Shown here piece after piece: positions 13,506 through 28,100 of a stretch of 64,000 nt of DNA. The DNA lies in NCBI RefSeq assembly GCF_964355755.1, contig NC_092671.1:39876304-39940303 (forward strand). Reading direction: 5' to 3'. The notes below the pieces were generated by a model. The model saw only the letters and a program-made list of their open reading frames with translations. It was not told the origin of the DNA and did no database searches. Made by a program: the position numbers and the translations under genes. Position 1 is the first letter of the stretch, and each line of letters begins with the position of its first letter. This DNA comes from Antedon mediterranea. Its lineage: Eukaryota; Animalia; Echinodermata.

Positions 13506-16500
13506 GTTTCCAGGAGAAATTGTACTTAAGTTCGTTAACTTCAAACTTGAAAGTTATTTAATTAATAATATATTGTACTATTATGATACAGTATTTGTAG
13601 AGTGTTTTACCTTTGAGTAAACATTAAATTAATTAAATGCAATACAACAACTGTAAATACAAATAATAGTAAATTTAAGCATTTTGTTATTCGCCACGTG
13701 CTTATTCGTATTGAATTGTTACGGTAATGTAAATGTGTACTTGTTTAAATTGAAGTAAAATTTGTTCTTTCTCCCTGGACGCGCGTTTCTACCACGCCGG
13801 CATACAACGATTTATTAATGGATCTTTAGTCCTTCTTCTCAAATTATACTGATGACTTATTCCAATTTTTTTTAATGCATATATACCTATATTTATTATT
13901 GCCTATCATTGTCTTTGTATCTGCTGTATGTGAGGTCTTACGTCTTATAGTGCCTGTGAAAGCCATTTACAGTATACATTCTGACGGTGGTATTCATCTT
14001 TATACATTCGTGGGATATTAAATCAACACCACAGATATGTAAAATTACCACAAAAGAAACACAAGTAAATGAACTGAAATGTTGTTACTCATCATAAGTA
14101 GCGCTAACCGTGCCTGGTGGTACAACCGGGCCACGCAGCCAGGCCTCCTATCTATCGTAGCATAAGATTCACCGCAGAATCACCTAAGCACAGATTCAGC
14201 GAAAGTTCTGTTAAAAACACCCGGATGACGGACTATGCGACTTCTTAAAGCCTCATGACAATGACACACTGACTCAAGTCACAATCAGGCCATTTCTTGA
14301 AAATGACACACGAATTTAACAGGCCAACTTCTTGTGACTCAGTCAGTAGAAATTCTTTGGCCCGACGTCGTGGCGTCAATATCACACAGGGGTTGAGGCA
14401 AAGTTTTGTTTGATTTTCTGAGTCAAACTAATAAATGCGGTCCAAGGTTTAAAAGTTTATGTACTGGAACAATTAATAATTGAATTCTAATCCAAAGTTA
14501 GAAATGTAATTAACAAACAATGGTTCTAAGTTTATTGTGTTGATTGGAAGAAAAGACGCACTTATGTTAAGTGAGTATTGTTCGAATTTGAACGCCTCCA
14601 AACATTCCAATGTATTCAACTCCAACCTGAGATTCATCAGAAAACAAAAATTGGTTTAGGTTATAATTAAGGTTGGAGAGAGAGGGAATGAAAAATGTAG
14701 CCATGAAAGAACTGATCAATAAAAAATTGAACCCTATAAAAATTTATAAAACCGCAAAATATGGATATCAAAAATGAAACGAATGGCTGCTCAATCTGTG
14801 TTACCGGCCTCATAGGAGGCTACGGCGATATAAACAAGACCTTTGGAGGAGATACGAAAGATCATAACCCGGATGTCAGTGAAAGTTCTCATAAATCAAC
14901 TATTTTCATCTTGGAAACTATCTGGCTATTTCCTCTTAAGACCTCCTCGGTGTGTTGTTTACTGTTTTTAGAAAAACGGGGAAAATATTCTACCGGTATC
15001 ATTCCAGCAGTTATTGAAACACAACTGTGAATAGAGTGAACCCTCTGTTTAATGGATCATGAAACAAAATAAGGGTTGAATTACGGAAAACATATTTAAT
15101 TCGAATGAATGAAACTGAATGATTTTTTTTACCAGGATGAAAAAAGAAATTAGAAGGGTTTTTTTTATCGAGAAAACTCAGATCTCAGATATCTGGTTAT
15201 ATTTTAATATAAATTGATTTATATATATATATTGTTCCTAAATAATTTTTATACTTTTAACCTAATGTTTTACATATTTTTATATTCTATGAAATACACT
15301 TATTAATATATTTTCCTTTTTGAGGTTGAAATAAAGTGATTTGAAGGCTATAAAATATAATTTGAATGAATGAAAATTGATGATTTTTTTACCAGGATGT
15401 ATGAAAGAATAATTGAATGACTTTGAGTGCAAGATGAGGCAGGCGATGTATCTTGATGTAAAGACATTTGATCATACAAAACTTAATAAATAAATAAACA
15501 TGAGTTTCGGGTCACACGATGCCTGTCACTGAATCAAACCAATAAATAGATATTTATTACGAAACAGATGAGGTTTATATAAGGAAGGAAAATATCCCGG
15601 ATCATCCGTCAATTAAGATGCCATGCTCTCTGTGAACTGAGAGAGTATTCGGAAAAAGGGAAATTCCCGATATATTTATCCAATAGTTTCTAATTCGTTT
15701 CCGCTTAAAAAATGTAAACAGTAAAATAGCCATACATGGTTAAAGAACAATTGTTTTCATGGTTTTATTCCGATATTCATAATAAAGTCTGGTCACTGTG
15801 AGCAAAGTTATGTTTCTAAATATACATTATGAATCCATTAAGCAAAACTGTTATAAAGTTGATAAAGTATATGAAACATTGAGCTGACGTCATAAACATT
15901 ATGTGTTATGCGATTCCTAAATTATTTACGTAAAGAGATGATGATACTAGCAGGCGAGTTATGTTCCATTTGTATGCATATACCATCTAAACTGACGTTG
16001 TTTTGCTAATGATTACCCAATATAAACCGAACGATATTGTGAACAACTATAATAATAGTCACGGTAATAAGCGTTTTCATAACGTTTAAAACGTTTTTGA
16101 AGAAGTAAAAATATCTGCAACATTTATATTTTAAAACATAACGAAGAGAGATGTACAATGTTTGTGTTCAAATGGAAATGGTATTTTGAACTATAATAAT
16201 AGTCACAGTATATTAATAGTAAAATTGGTTAATAAGATGTAAAAATATCTGCGACAGTCCTATTTTTATCGTGCACGTTAACGTTGTATTTCCTTTTTAT
16301 TTATTTAAATCGGATAAATTAATGTCTATGCATTTTGTCAATCTGAAGCGTATACCGTTATTTAGTCATACAGTATGTTATCGTGTGTGAACGCACATTT
16401 CAGCAGCATCCAGGGTATGTTCTGTAGTGCGCATCGAGGAGTGAACGACTTCGATTAGCGATTTTCCGATCGAAAAGGAACCGTACGATTATTGTGTAAG

Positions 16501-17432
16501 TGTGCAGTCAGTTTGATTAATATCTCCCCAGCACATATTGAATGCCATATGGAAATATGACATTGGCAATCATACCAACGCTAAACATATGATGACTCAT
16601 CGTTTGCTAATTGAATTCGCGACAAACGACTTAATCGTAAATTGTAGAAGATATTAAACTGACTTTCTTCGTTCTTTTCACTGCGTTTTATGGCTGTAAA
16701 CAAACGTAATAATGTGTTGAGGGTCGCTTTCTTTATGATGGGTCAGACATTTTTTACTACGCAGTGAGGAGGTTGAATTAATGGTTAATGCAAATGTGTT
16801 GATCATTTGATGTAACCTTTGTACGACGACGTTGATGATGATAACGAAATCGAATTTTGAATAAAAAAAAACGAAAAAAAAACAAATCCAACGCAACGAA
16901 ATAATTTCACCAGTGTGGATACTGTACCAAAAATCTAAATACAGAAACAACCTTTTTGCTACACATTTCTACAATTGTGCAGCAAAAAATACGATACAAA
17001 ACTATGTTTCTCGACTCAAAAATCTGTTTGATTAGCAATATTCTTAAACACAATTTTAAAATGACCTCTGATCTCTATTACCGATTTAAATAATATTTTT
17101 GATAAAATAATTTGCTCATCAACAAAAATATTATTTGATTTAATACTTGATATCATTCGATATAGGGCCAGATAAAACAAAGTCGAGAAAATAAAATTTA
17201 TAATTCCTGAAACTCCTTGTTTTCAGCTTTTTCATATCTATTTCACATTAAAAACCAGGAAGCTACATGAATGCACTGTTGTTTGATCATCCATTGTTAA
17301 TTGAAATTTATGACAAATGTAGAGTTTTAATTATTATTATTATTATTATAAATCTTAATGTTTAAGATAGTAAAATAATAACTATGTAAGAGTAATAATA
17401 CAAAACACATAAATAGGCCAAAACATTCGGAA

Positions 17433-17540
17433 TACACGATGATTATTAAACTCAATGGTTAAACATCATCCACAGCATATTGCGTACACGATGATTATTA
17501 AACTCAATGGTTAAACATCATCCACAGCATATTGCGTACA
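17433..17540. repeat. 52 bp perfect tandem duplication
   Basis: tacacgatgattattaaactcaatggttaaacatcatccacagcatattgcg occurs twice. Confidence 0.85.
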
Positions 17541-17887
17541 TCAAAAGCATGACTATTTACACTCTAGATATTTTCTAATAATATACATATTAAGTTACTA
17601 TTTTAATTTGTTTTTGCAATGATGACGCTTATAATTTTCATAATTTCGTTAAGTGATATGGTCTATCTATTGTTTTCTTTAAATGTTCAAACAGTAAGCA
17701 GTACGCAGCTAACACGCGCACCTTTATGTTAAGATGATCTAGACTGAATTCACAACAAATTGAAATTGATTCCAATACAATTCTACTAATAATTAAATTA
17801 TAAATATATAAATTTAAATCATTATCTTCATCGAACGAGTCAAAATTGACAATAATGTTAATTGCATTATGCCGCCGGGTCTTATTC

Positions 17888-18045
17888 AGCTTGGTTCCCA
17901 CTCTAGCGACGCAACGCAAGGAGGTTACGCAAGGATGTAACGCAGCGTACGTGATTTGACCAATCACAAGCGATGGATTATTCACTCGCTTGCGTTACGC
18001 GTACGTCCTTGCATTGCGTCTCTCTAACTAAGTGTAAACTACGCT
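17888..18045. mobile_element. MITE family B (PIF/Harbinger-like), diverged copy
   Basis: agcttggttcccactctagcgacgcaacgcaagg...ccttgcattgcgtc...acgct; homologous to 32748, 54136 and 60203. Confidence 0.75.
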
Positions 18046-18419
18046 TTACCGACGGTTATAGCGATTTTTGCTAAAGCATCCACCATTCTTGTATCTTGTA
18101 TGCTTTAGGGCTATGACTCATTCTTCTACATGATAATATATTATTCAAATCGTTCATGTAAATAACGTATTACGTCACAACAAATAACCTGCATTTAACA
18201 CTGAATTTTATTGCGAATAACTTAAATGAGGGCGCACTAACCAAGAAAGCAGAGAAAGGAAACTTTCAAAGGTTTGTTTTGCCTTCTTCTAAGTTACTAA
18301 CAAACTCATCAAATTAATGATTTACTCAAAAATGTTGTAAAAACCAGGTTAACGGTTACTGTGTCAACAAAAACAATATTTACTTTAATTTATTAAATTA
18401 ATAATTAATTAATTATCTC

Positions 18420-18740
18420 CTTTATAACTTTAAAAATCCTGAAAATTGCGAAATATTCTTTCTTCTTCTTCAGCAGTAGGATACCGGGGGAAGGTAAGTG
18501 CTTATTATTTCATATCTAATTTCAACATGACTAGAGCCTTTTTTCTTTCATTTGGAGAGAGGTTATTTTAAATTGTTTTTTAGATCAACAACTTCAAAAA
18601 CTTCAATATTTATTATTTACTCTATATTAACTTTAAAAATCCTTGAAATTTCGAAATATTCGCTTTGCACAGGATACCGGAAGGATAAGTACTTTTTATT
18701 TCATATTTAATTCCAACATGACTAAATGCTTTTTTCTTCC
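18420..18740. repeat. Diverged ~200 bp tandem duplication
   Basis: aactttaaaaatcct.gaaa.tt.cgaaatatt...aggataccgg...taagt.ctt...caacatgacta occurs twice. Confidence 0.7.
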
Positions 18741-19679
18741 AAAACGTTAAGTCAATAAGCTTAACTTGATGATATCAGAGAAAGTCTTCCTTGTATCAGT
18801 TGGTCATCGTCGATGAGTTTAGGCAAGTGTTTATTGACAATAAATAACAATTGTTGAGAGAACAATTGAAGTTAACACAAAGTGGCCATGATAGAATTGA
18901 TGATGAGCAATGATGAAGCGACCGCAACATTACATGATGAATGCACGCAAACTGATGACGAATAAAAGATGCGTACACCGCAAAGCTGAATATGATTTAC
19001 AAGGTCAGCAGCAGGAATATGGTTATCACCATTCCCATCAAAATACAAAATGAACAAAATTAATATTTATTTACAAGTTATCTATTGTTTGTGTATTACG
19101 TCATCATGACTTGATTATTAATTACCTAAATATCAATAAATGCTGGCGTTCTGATTGTTTGTCGATGTATCATGATCATTTTTAAACAAAACAATTTATA
19201 AATAAATTAATGATAATATTGATAAACATTAATTTAAGCTATTTAGATGAAATTACTAAATAGAACAAGCCCATTACACATTACGTATTATTCGACAAAA
19301 ACAATTTATAAATAAGATAATAAATCCAAAGGCAAATTACTGAAAAATGGCAATGTTGTTGGTATTGGATGGATCTCAATGAAGATACAAAATAAAATAA
19401 ACAAAAAGCTACATAAAAATGATAAAAAGTCTAAAAAATGTACTATTTACATGGATCTTGGTTGGACCGACATTTTCTTTTTTCTCACAGATTTCCTTAT
19501 CTTTATGGTTTATGAATTAATCAGTTCATTTTCAGTATATATCGGGCGGTTTAATTTCTTATGTGCCTGTAAATATTTGTAAACATATTTCATTTCCACA
19601 AATTCCTGTGCTCAAGGAACACCAAAGTACAATATTTACAATACACTTAAAATTTCTAAAATAGAACATTGTACATTAC

Positions 19680-19980
19680 GGAATAACCGATTATGTGGGG
19701 GCAATTATAATAAATATAGGACCTCCGGCAAATTATAATTTTATCCGGCATAACGAAAAATCAAAATGTATTCATACATTCAATCGTAAGGCATTTTTTA
19801 ATGACATTAATTATCGATACATAATAGTTAATAGGCTAATTAAACATTGGAATAACCGACTAATGATGTGAGGCCATTATATAGGACCTCCGACAAATTA
19901 TAATATTTTATCCGGCATAACCAAAAACAAAAAAATGTATTCATTTTTTAAATGACATTTTCAATACATAATAGTTAAAC
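19680..19980. repeat. ~168 bp tandem duplication
   Basis: ggaataaccga...ataggacctccg.caaattataat...tttatccggcataac...aatgacatt...atacataatagttaa occurs twice. Confidence 0.75.
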
Positions 19981-22152
19981 TAATTAATTATAATTATAGC
20001 CTAAGAATATTTAAACAGTAATTTACATTAAAAATACAAGTACTCGGATATGATAAAATTAATTTAGCTAGATGATCGATGACTATTAAAGTTTATACAT
20101 ATTTTATATTCCACAAACCAAGGCCAGATCTTACATGTCCGAATGGAATCTTAAGTTGGCTAATTTGCATATGTAGTAACGATGGTAAATAAATGAGTCA
20201 TTCGTTTTGACAAAGATAATTAGTAATATTGTAAATACTTAGTGTAGTAGATTGTGTGACGTCACACTGTATTATCAACATAATTTTCTTAATAATTTTT
20301 TACACGCGAAATTGCAAGTTATACGCCTAATTAAACGTTATGGATTAAGAAATTAAAAAATATTTATTTTCATATATTATTACGAAAATGTAGAACTACA
20401 ACCTGACCAGGTCTGGAAATTCATAGTTAACAAATACTTGATAGTAGATTAAATAAACAAAATTAATATACTCTATAGGACTATTTATTATATTATTTAT
20501 ACGTACTCAACGAAAATACGTTATTATACTATTCAACGAAATAATCAATAAAATAATACAAAAGCTATTTAAAAACAAATGAATCAGCTACTACAATATA
20601 ATTACATATTGATGAAGAAGAATTAGTAATAAATGTTTCATCCAAATAAATTTAAATCTACTTAAATTATTCACATTTTCGATGAAACATTGTTTCAATT
20701 ATTAAAATTATAAACTTCTTCATAGTAGAGAGCTGTTGGAAATGGTCATTCAATTATACGATTTTCTTTGGGACAACATTCAAAAACTTATCATTGACAT
20801 GACCTTTGACATGACCTCGTCTGTAAGACAAGCCGATAACTCCTCAATATTCTTGTATTGGATTAGTTTTTAATTATCACACGATATGACAAGTGTTGTT
20901 TTTTTATTGGAGGCAATTTGCAAAATCAAACTCGACTCGTTGAGAATAGGACCCACGAGAGATGACTCATCCGCCGGAATCAGCCGATTGTCATGGTAAC
21001 TATGGTATTGATCATTAGAGACATCGCGCGTCCTGCGCGCATCAACGATCGATCAGCAATTATTGTTTTAATGTTATAAAAACATAATGTATATTTAAGG
21101 CGTATTTCTTTGACAATATGGCAGAATATATTTATCTTAATATAGATCACAATGAATAACATGGTTTTACTAGCAAACAGCAAATAAATATAGGCCTACC
21201 TCATTGTTGGGAATTGTTTTAATTGGCTTAAATATTATTATGGTATTTACTAATTTTTTTTATGTGTATTTTTATTGCAAATTGGTAGTATTTTTCTATC
21301 TTTATTATCTGGTTGTTTTGACACACCTCAACAGTGCCACGGATGTAAGTGAGTCAATAAATATCATTAATTATTCCTCATCCTGGAATTATTTCTCAAT
21401 ATTCATACGTTATAAGAAGACCCTTTCACCGATATGAAAGTCAAAGCAAAATAATTCACTTACATTTGGGACGACGAATAAGATAGACCTAGAGGGCGCT
21501 AGACTGATTTAAAAAATACAGTAACAAATCTGTAGGAAGAGTGCATACATAATTTCGACTTAAGAAAGACACAAGAATATCTATAAACCATTTTAATAAT
21601 AAATTATATAATTAGACTGTATTCATATAAAATATATTAAATACAGATAATAGGGTATAAACATAGTTTAGTACGATATTTTAATATTTGATTAAACAAT
21701 ATATAACATGGTTGGATTCTCAGGTCTTTATTACGCTTAAAAAATGCAAATAATATGTAAACCTTCCGAAATGGTTAATTTGAGGGTTGTAGCGCCTGTT
21801 TATATAAAACTATACTGTATCCATTAAATAAACAAAAGTTATGACGACAGCTCAAACAACTATTGGAGCACTCGTAACTTATATTCAATGTTATTCAATC
21901 CTATGACAAAACATAGTGTAATAAGAACTATGGTCATGCATGCGCAGGGCCCTTGCTATGGCTTTTTAATAATTGAGGGCAGTATTACCAATTACTACGA
22001 TATCACTACACCATGGCTGTCACAATGGCAGATAGGAAGTTATGGCGGAAAATAGTCATATAAGTTCCCGGACTAAGTAAGTAAGTACACCATTAAAAAC
22101 AACATCAAGAGCCTACTGTGTACTGCTCATTTGTGAAGGAAGAATATTATTG

Positions 22153-25100
22153 TTAGATATTGCCGCCATTGAAATCCCAAACTCGCAGCTTGTTGTCGTA
22201 GGATGCACTCACAATCTTTGTTTTATCACAAATTATACAATTCACCTGTGAATTGCTAGCCAGTGTTTGTGTACTCTTCTCTCTGTTAATAAAACATAGG
22301 TTTTAATTATTGAGTGTGTCTACACTATCAAACTAGTGTGATGTGCCCAAATATGGTAGTAATATGCTTAAATTGGTAGTGATATGACATCATCATGTCC
22401 ATATATGGGCACATCACAGGGCTTTAAAATAAGTTTCACATATGAAAATATGAAATGTTGGGTCAATGCTGGCTAGCACAATGTTAATGTTATTTTAACT
22501 ACTTTGTTGGGAAAGGAAAGTTCCCCAAACAAGAACAGGGAGAAAGTATTATGGCAGGGGTTTTCAAATAGTAAAAGATTGCAATAAAATAAAATCTCAC
22601 TTACTTTAAAATATCCCAATATTTGATCTGGCCATCTTGGCCAGCACTCACCAGCAACCCTAATGGGTTGTCTGGGTCCGAAGCATTATCAACTCGTATT
22701 TTTAAACTTTCAACTCTGAAATAAAGCATAATATTAATTAATAATACAAAAACACACAGGAAATTCATCTAAAAGAGTTTACCTTACATTATAAGCTATT
22801 GCATTTCTTTCAAGACCAGTTTATAAGATGAGATATTTACCGTTTTTCGTGTTCATCATAAGTCCTAATACAGCTACCAGTGTCTATTCTCCACAGTGAT
22901 ATGATCTCACTAACAGAACAGGCTATGTAACCATGGTGATAACTGATGGACATTATAGATGTAGATTGGCTTGCCCAAATGACCTTTGTCTGTTGACCTG
23001 ATTCTCTGCTCCAAATTCGAATGCTCTTGACAACAAAATACAGAAAATAAATAAGTGAATTTGTTGCCTTTATATTATTGAATTTAATGGACTACAGATG
23101 AAATGTTTAGGTTGAATTTAATAAACTAAAATACAACTGTGTTTGTCCAGATAATGTGTGTATAAATCTCTGTCTATACTATCAAACTAGTTCGACAAAA
23201 AAGTGTGATGTGCCCAAATATGGTAGTGATATGACATCATCATGTCCATATTTATTGTCACATAAAGTTTGATAGTGTAGACAGAGCTTTAAGATAAGCT
23301 TTATTATGAGATTTAAAAGGTAATCATGATTAATTTTGAGATAAATCCTTAATCATATTTTAAATTTTTGACATCCGATAAAACTTAAATTAAGAAAAAA
23401 ACGTTATATGTAGTAAAACCTTCTCAAGATTATAAAAAACTAAAGAAGTGCCTTACTCTGTCGGCTGATCCAGTTATGACAATAGAACATTCATCATCCA
23501 TGTCAACGCAGAAGACAGCTTGTGTGTGTCCTGTGAGGGTATGCTGTAACATACACCGCCCTATGTGCCATATCTTAGCCTATATTATAATACAAATGTA
23601 CAATATATATTTATTGTTTAATACCTTCATGGTTGAATAGTGAATTAACAACCAATTAAATGATTTAATAAAGAACTTTAATTAAAGGCAATTATTTTAA
23701 AGAAATTGTTATTACATGTTATCAAATATATAAAGTATTACAATATATAAATATAACAAATTTTACGTGTGTGGTAAATGATAAGCCTCCTGCCATACCA
23801 AACATTAAGCTCTGTCTACACTATCAAACTAATTTGACCAAAATTGTGATGTACCCAAATATGGTAGTGATATGCCTAAATATGGTAGTGATATGACATC
23901 ATGTCCATACAGTATATGGGCACATCACATTTTTTTGACACATAAAGTTTGACAGAGCTCTACAATAAATACAGTAGATTCCAGTATCAGTAGCTAATAC
24001 TGTAAATGCCTACATGGCTGGGAACATTCAAAACAGTTTTGGAGATGCAGCATTCATTTTTTATAGCATTCCATTAACTCTAGCATACCGTTTTATCCTG
24101 CGAAGTTGATACTAATATATTCTGCTTTCGGACCATTGCCCACACTGGTCCTTGATGCCCATACAATGTTCTGCTACATGATCCAGTACGGAGGTTCCAC
24201 ACTTTGATAGTACAATCGTAGGAACCACTAACAAGCAAATTAGCAGTGAAAAATTGTAAACACCAAACTCCTTTCTGTAAGAAAACAATTTTGCATGTGA
24301 TTATTAGTATATGATTGAAAATGATACTGAGAAAACAGCATATATAGAAGTACTGGAAATATAGGAAACTATTCCATTTCATTTATTTTGTCTAAATACA
24401 ATACAAAACGTAGACAAAGAAAAACAGACAAAAAACCATCACACATAACCAGGCAAAGACAGGATTCCTAAAAAGCAAACTTAATCACTATCTAGTAGGT
24501 CTCCTATTGCACTGATTGGATTAAAAACCTTTAGAATAAGTTGAAAAAGCTTTTGAAAAAATCCGTAAAAGCATCAGCAAACTACTTAAACAATTTAGAA
24601 TAACATTTGTATAAACATTAAAAAATGTATAAACATACTAAATTAGAACAAAATTAAAATAATAATAATAATATAACTACAATAATATAGGAAAGAAAGC
24701 CTAGATACCGCCAAGTATACAGTATTGCTTAATGCTACTAATGGATATTTAAAATCTATTTGCTTAGGTTAGTGAATAGTACACAAGTCCTTATTTGCAC
24801 TTGAAATGCTCTATTATCCTGCTTAATTAAATATTTCACATACAGTAGTAATTTGAGATAATATTTAACCAGTATATTGAATATTTTATCAAGGATTCAA
24901 TATCCTTACCATGTGTCCTTTTAAAGTCTGTAGAAGTTTGTCACTTTTTGCATCCCATATTTTGATTGTTGTATCTTTGCTGCCGCTAGCCAGTCTGTTT
25001 TTACCGTCATATGCTACTGTTAAAACTCTAAAAAAAAGAGGAGTTAAAAATTGTTGAATTTTGACCTGTTACGCTGTTCTGAAAGCACAACTTTCCAGAA

Positions 25101-28100
25101 ACCAGACATTTGAGCCAGTCGGACCAAGGGATTGTGGTTTTTAGTGGTGGCTAACTTTAAGCTAGCTAGCTAAGCAAGTGGTCTTACTTTGCCGTATGTC
25201 CCTTCAGGTCTTTCTCTCTGCACTGTCCACTATTCCAATTTTGTTTCAAATATTTGTTGTCTCGATAGACTTCTTTCCATTTTACTCCACTTTCTGGAAT
25301 TGGTACTTCTGTAGATTTGGAGGAAAACAGAAATTATATTATTATTTATCAAATATAACATAAATTTGAAATTTTTGTTGTTGTTGTAATAATAATAAGG
25401 TTTCACGTCTTACCGATACTTATCACATCACATTTGGCCTTCCATACTTCATTATGACTTGACAATGCATTCCACGTATGAGACACTTGAGCCGCAATTA
25501 ACAAAGACTTTGGTTCAAGATTCCGTAAAATTATAAATGCAATGTTCTTTGGAAGCAAACTTATAAAATCTTGGTACTTTTTCAACTAAAAAATACAAAA
25601 TATAGATTTATACACTGCAGTTTTCTACATAAATTAGATACAAATGAAATCTATTTTTGTTGGTATACCAGGTTTACATTTTCAAAGTCATTGAAGCCAG
25701 TACAGACATTGACTTGATGTTGTTACGGTATTGATTGATAGTGGGGCTACTATTTAGAAAAAGAAAATACCTACCGTTAAAATACTAGAAACAAAATAAA
25801 GCTGTCGTGCGTCCATTCGTTTCATTAGGATGTGCAGAAACTCATTACGTTGAACATCTAAATAATACAAAACATTCAATGTCAAAGGGTAATGATGTGT
25901 CTATGTATAAAATATCTTACTGATCCAGGATGTTTACTTCTACTCATGTTGATTATTTATTTATTTATTTTTATGGTTTTTTAAAGGGCAAATTAGACAG
26001 CTTTGTACAACGAAAATTAAACATGTTCTCGCGACGACCTAACAATTACGGCCAATGCTATCTCAAGACGAGATTCAACTCGGATAGCACCGATAAGTCA
26101 ATACGTTTCATCTTCGGCTGTCTGAGTTGGTCTTTAGTTATGTCACAATAAAAACAAATTTACCTGTCCAAAAGTTGGTATACCAATGAAATAACTGCCA
26201 AGCCTCATCAGGTTTGGGTACAACAGGCTCTAAGTGTCTGGGGTCTCTTCCGGACTGTTTAATATTAAACAAGTGCGTCATTATAAAACAATATTTTAGA
26301 AGGAACAGAATTTGATTTAAACTAATTGTTTATTTTTATTTCACGTTATTTATAGCAGGTGATCAGTGTATGCTGACAATAAGATAAGATAAGATAAGAT
26401 AAGATAACTTTTATTGATCCTCAAAAAGGAAATTCATTGCTCGTCATAATAACAAAGAAAACACTATAAAAACAAATATAGCATAAAACCATTCATATAA
26501 AAACATCAAAAAAATTACAATATAAAATTATCTTCTTGACTTCCTGTTGTACTGGATGATACCGGAGGGAATAAAGGATTTAGCAAATCGATTTGTTTTC
26601 ACACTGAGGAGCCTCAATCTACCACTTGGATTAAGTTGGTCTATGATCACTTTGTGGAGAGGATGAGAGGCATCCGACTCAATGCGTTCGAAATCTTTCT
26701 GGAGGTGTTCTAGGTGCACATCGGTAAAGGAAGGCAGTTCCAGACCAATCATTTTACCAGCCCGACGGATGAAAGTTTCAAGGCGTCCTTTATTCCCTCC
26801 GGTAACATTACCAGCCCAACAGGAGAGGCAATACGTCCAAACACTACATATAACAGATCTATAGAACGAAAGTAACATCAAATCACAGGAGTTAAATTTA
26901 TGAAGGGGCCCTCTTGATGAGTTATGATAAATGTCTGTGAGTGATAGTGGCTGTGTGTTATCAGGTTTAAATTAAATAATTTTTTTCTTTAAATCAGCAA
27001 TACATTAAATATAAAAAAATGTCACACTAATACATACCAACGATGATCGTGTTCTGTTAAGTTGAATTTCTGACAAAGATTTTAGCAAGCAATTACTTGA
27101 TCTATCCAGCACAGGTTCATAATGTACTTTTGTCAGGTTGAATTGATGGAGATCACCTGCCATCTGAGTGTCTTGTACGTGTCTTCGTAAAGAGGGAAGC
27201 ACATAATCTCTGCCATCACCTGCCATCCGAGTGTCTTGTACGTGTCTTCGTAAAGAGGGAAGCACATAATCTCTGTAATTATAAAGATTACAATAATATT
27301 AATACATACAGCAAAATTTAAAAATACAAACATGGAGTTAAAATTTGACTTTGAAAGAGTAATTTCAATAAAAGAAATAAGGAAATATTTCACTTGCACT
27401 GATGAAGGGCTAGTGATGACGGGCTAGTGTTGCCCGAAAGCTTTGCTAATTTTTCTGGCTGTTTTGATTTAGGGTATTGCTTATTTTATTTGTATCTCCA
27501 TTGAGATCCAGCCACTGATACCCACAGCATTGAAATTTTTTCAGTGCTTATTTTATTTTGTATCTCCATTGAGATCCAGCCACTGATACCCACAGCATTG
27601 TCATTTTTCATTCATTTGCCTTTGGATTAGTATAATAACCTATTAATATTTATAATAATATCTTTTAAATGACTTTAATATTTCCATCTTCATCCTAATT
27701 ACCATACATGTACCTTACCTTACACCCCCAGCAGGGGCTGACTTGCTTCCGGCATTCTGTGTTTTTCTAAAGTTCACCGGAAGCCCTCTGTGAATTGTGG
27801 GTAACTTAGAAGTACTTTTTGATAAACCTGGTAAATCCCATCTTGATTTGTAATTACTAAAATGAATAGCAATATAATTTTGGTTTATATTTATTTAATT
27901 TATTTATTCACCTTTTTTTACAAGGGTAGCGCTAACAGCTGCATTAACAAGGGTAGCGCTAACAGCTGCACTACAGGAGTACAGCTGACTTGAAGAGGCC
28001 CTCTTAAAAACAATGCAAAAATATACAGACAACATTCAAACATAAAGATACAAGAGGATTCATAAAAGTTAAAATTCTCAAACTGATTTAAAAAAGTTAA

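Noticed and set aside
14540-15030. 89 aa ORF and more GC-balanced segment upstream of DUSP
   Set aside because: No recognisable domain, splice context or terminal repeats that I could confirm; probably an unclassified repeat fragment.
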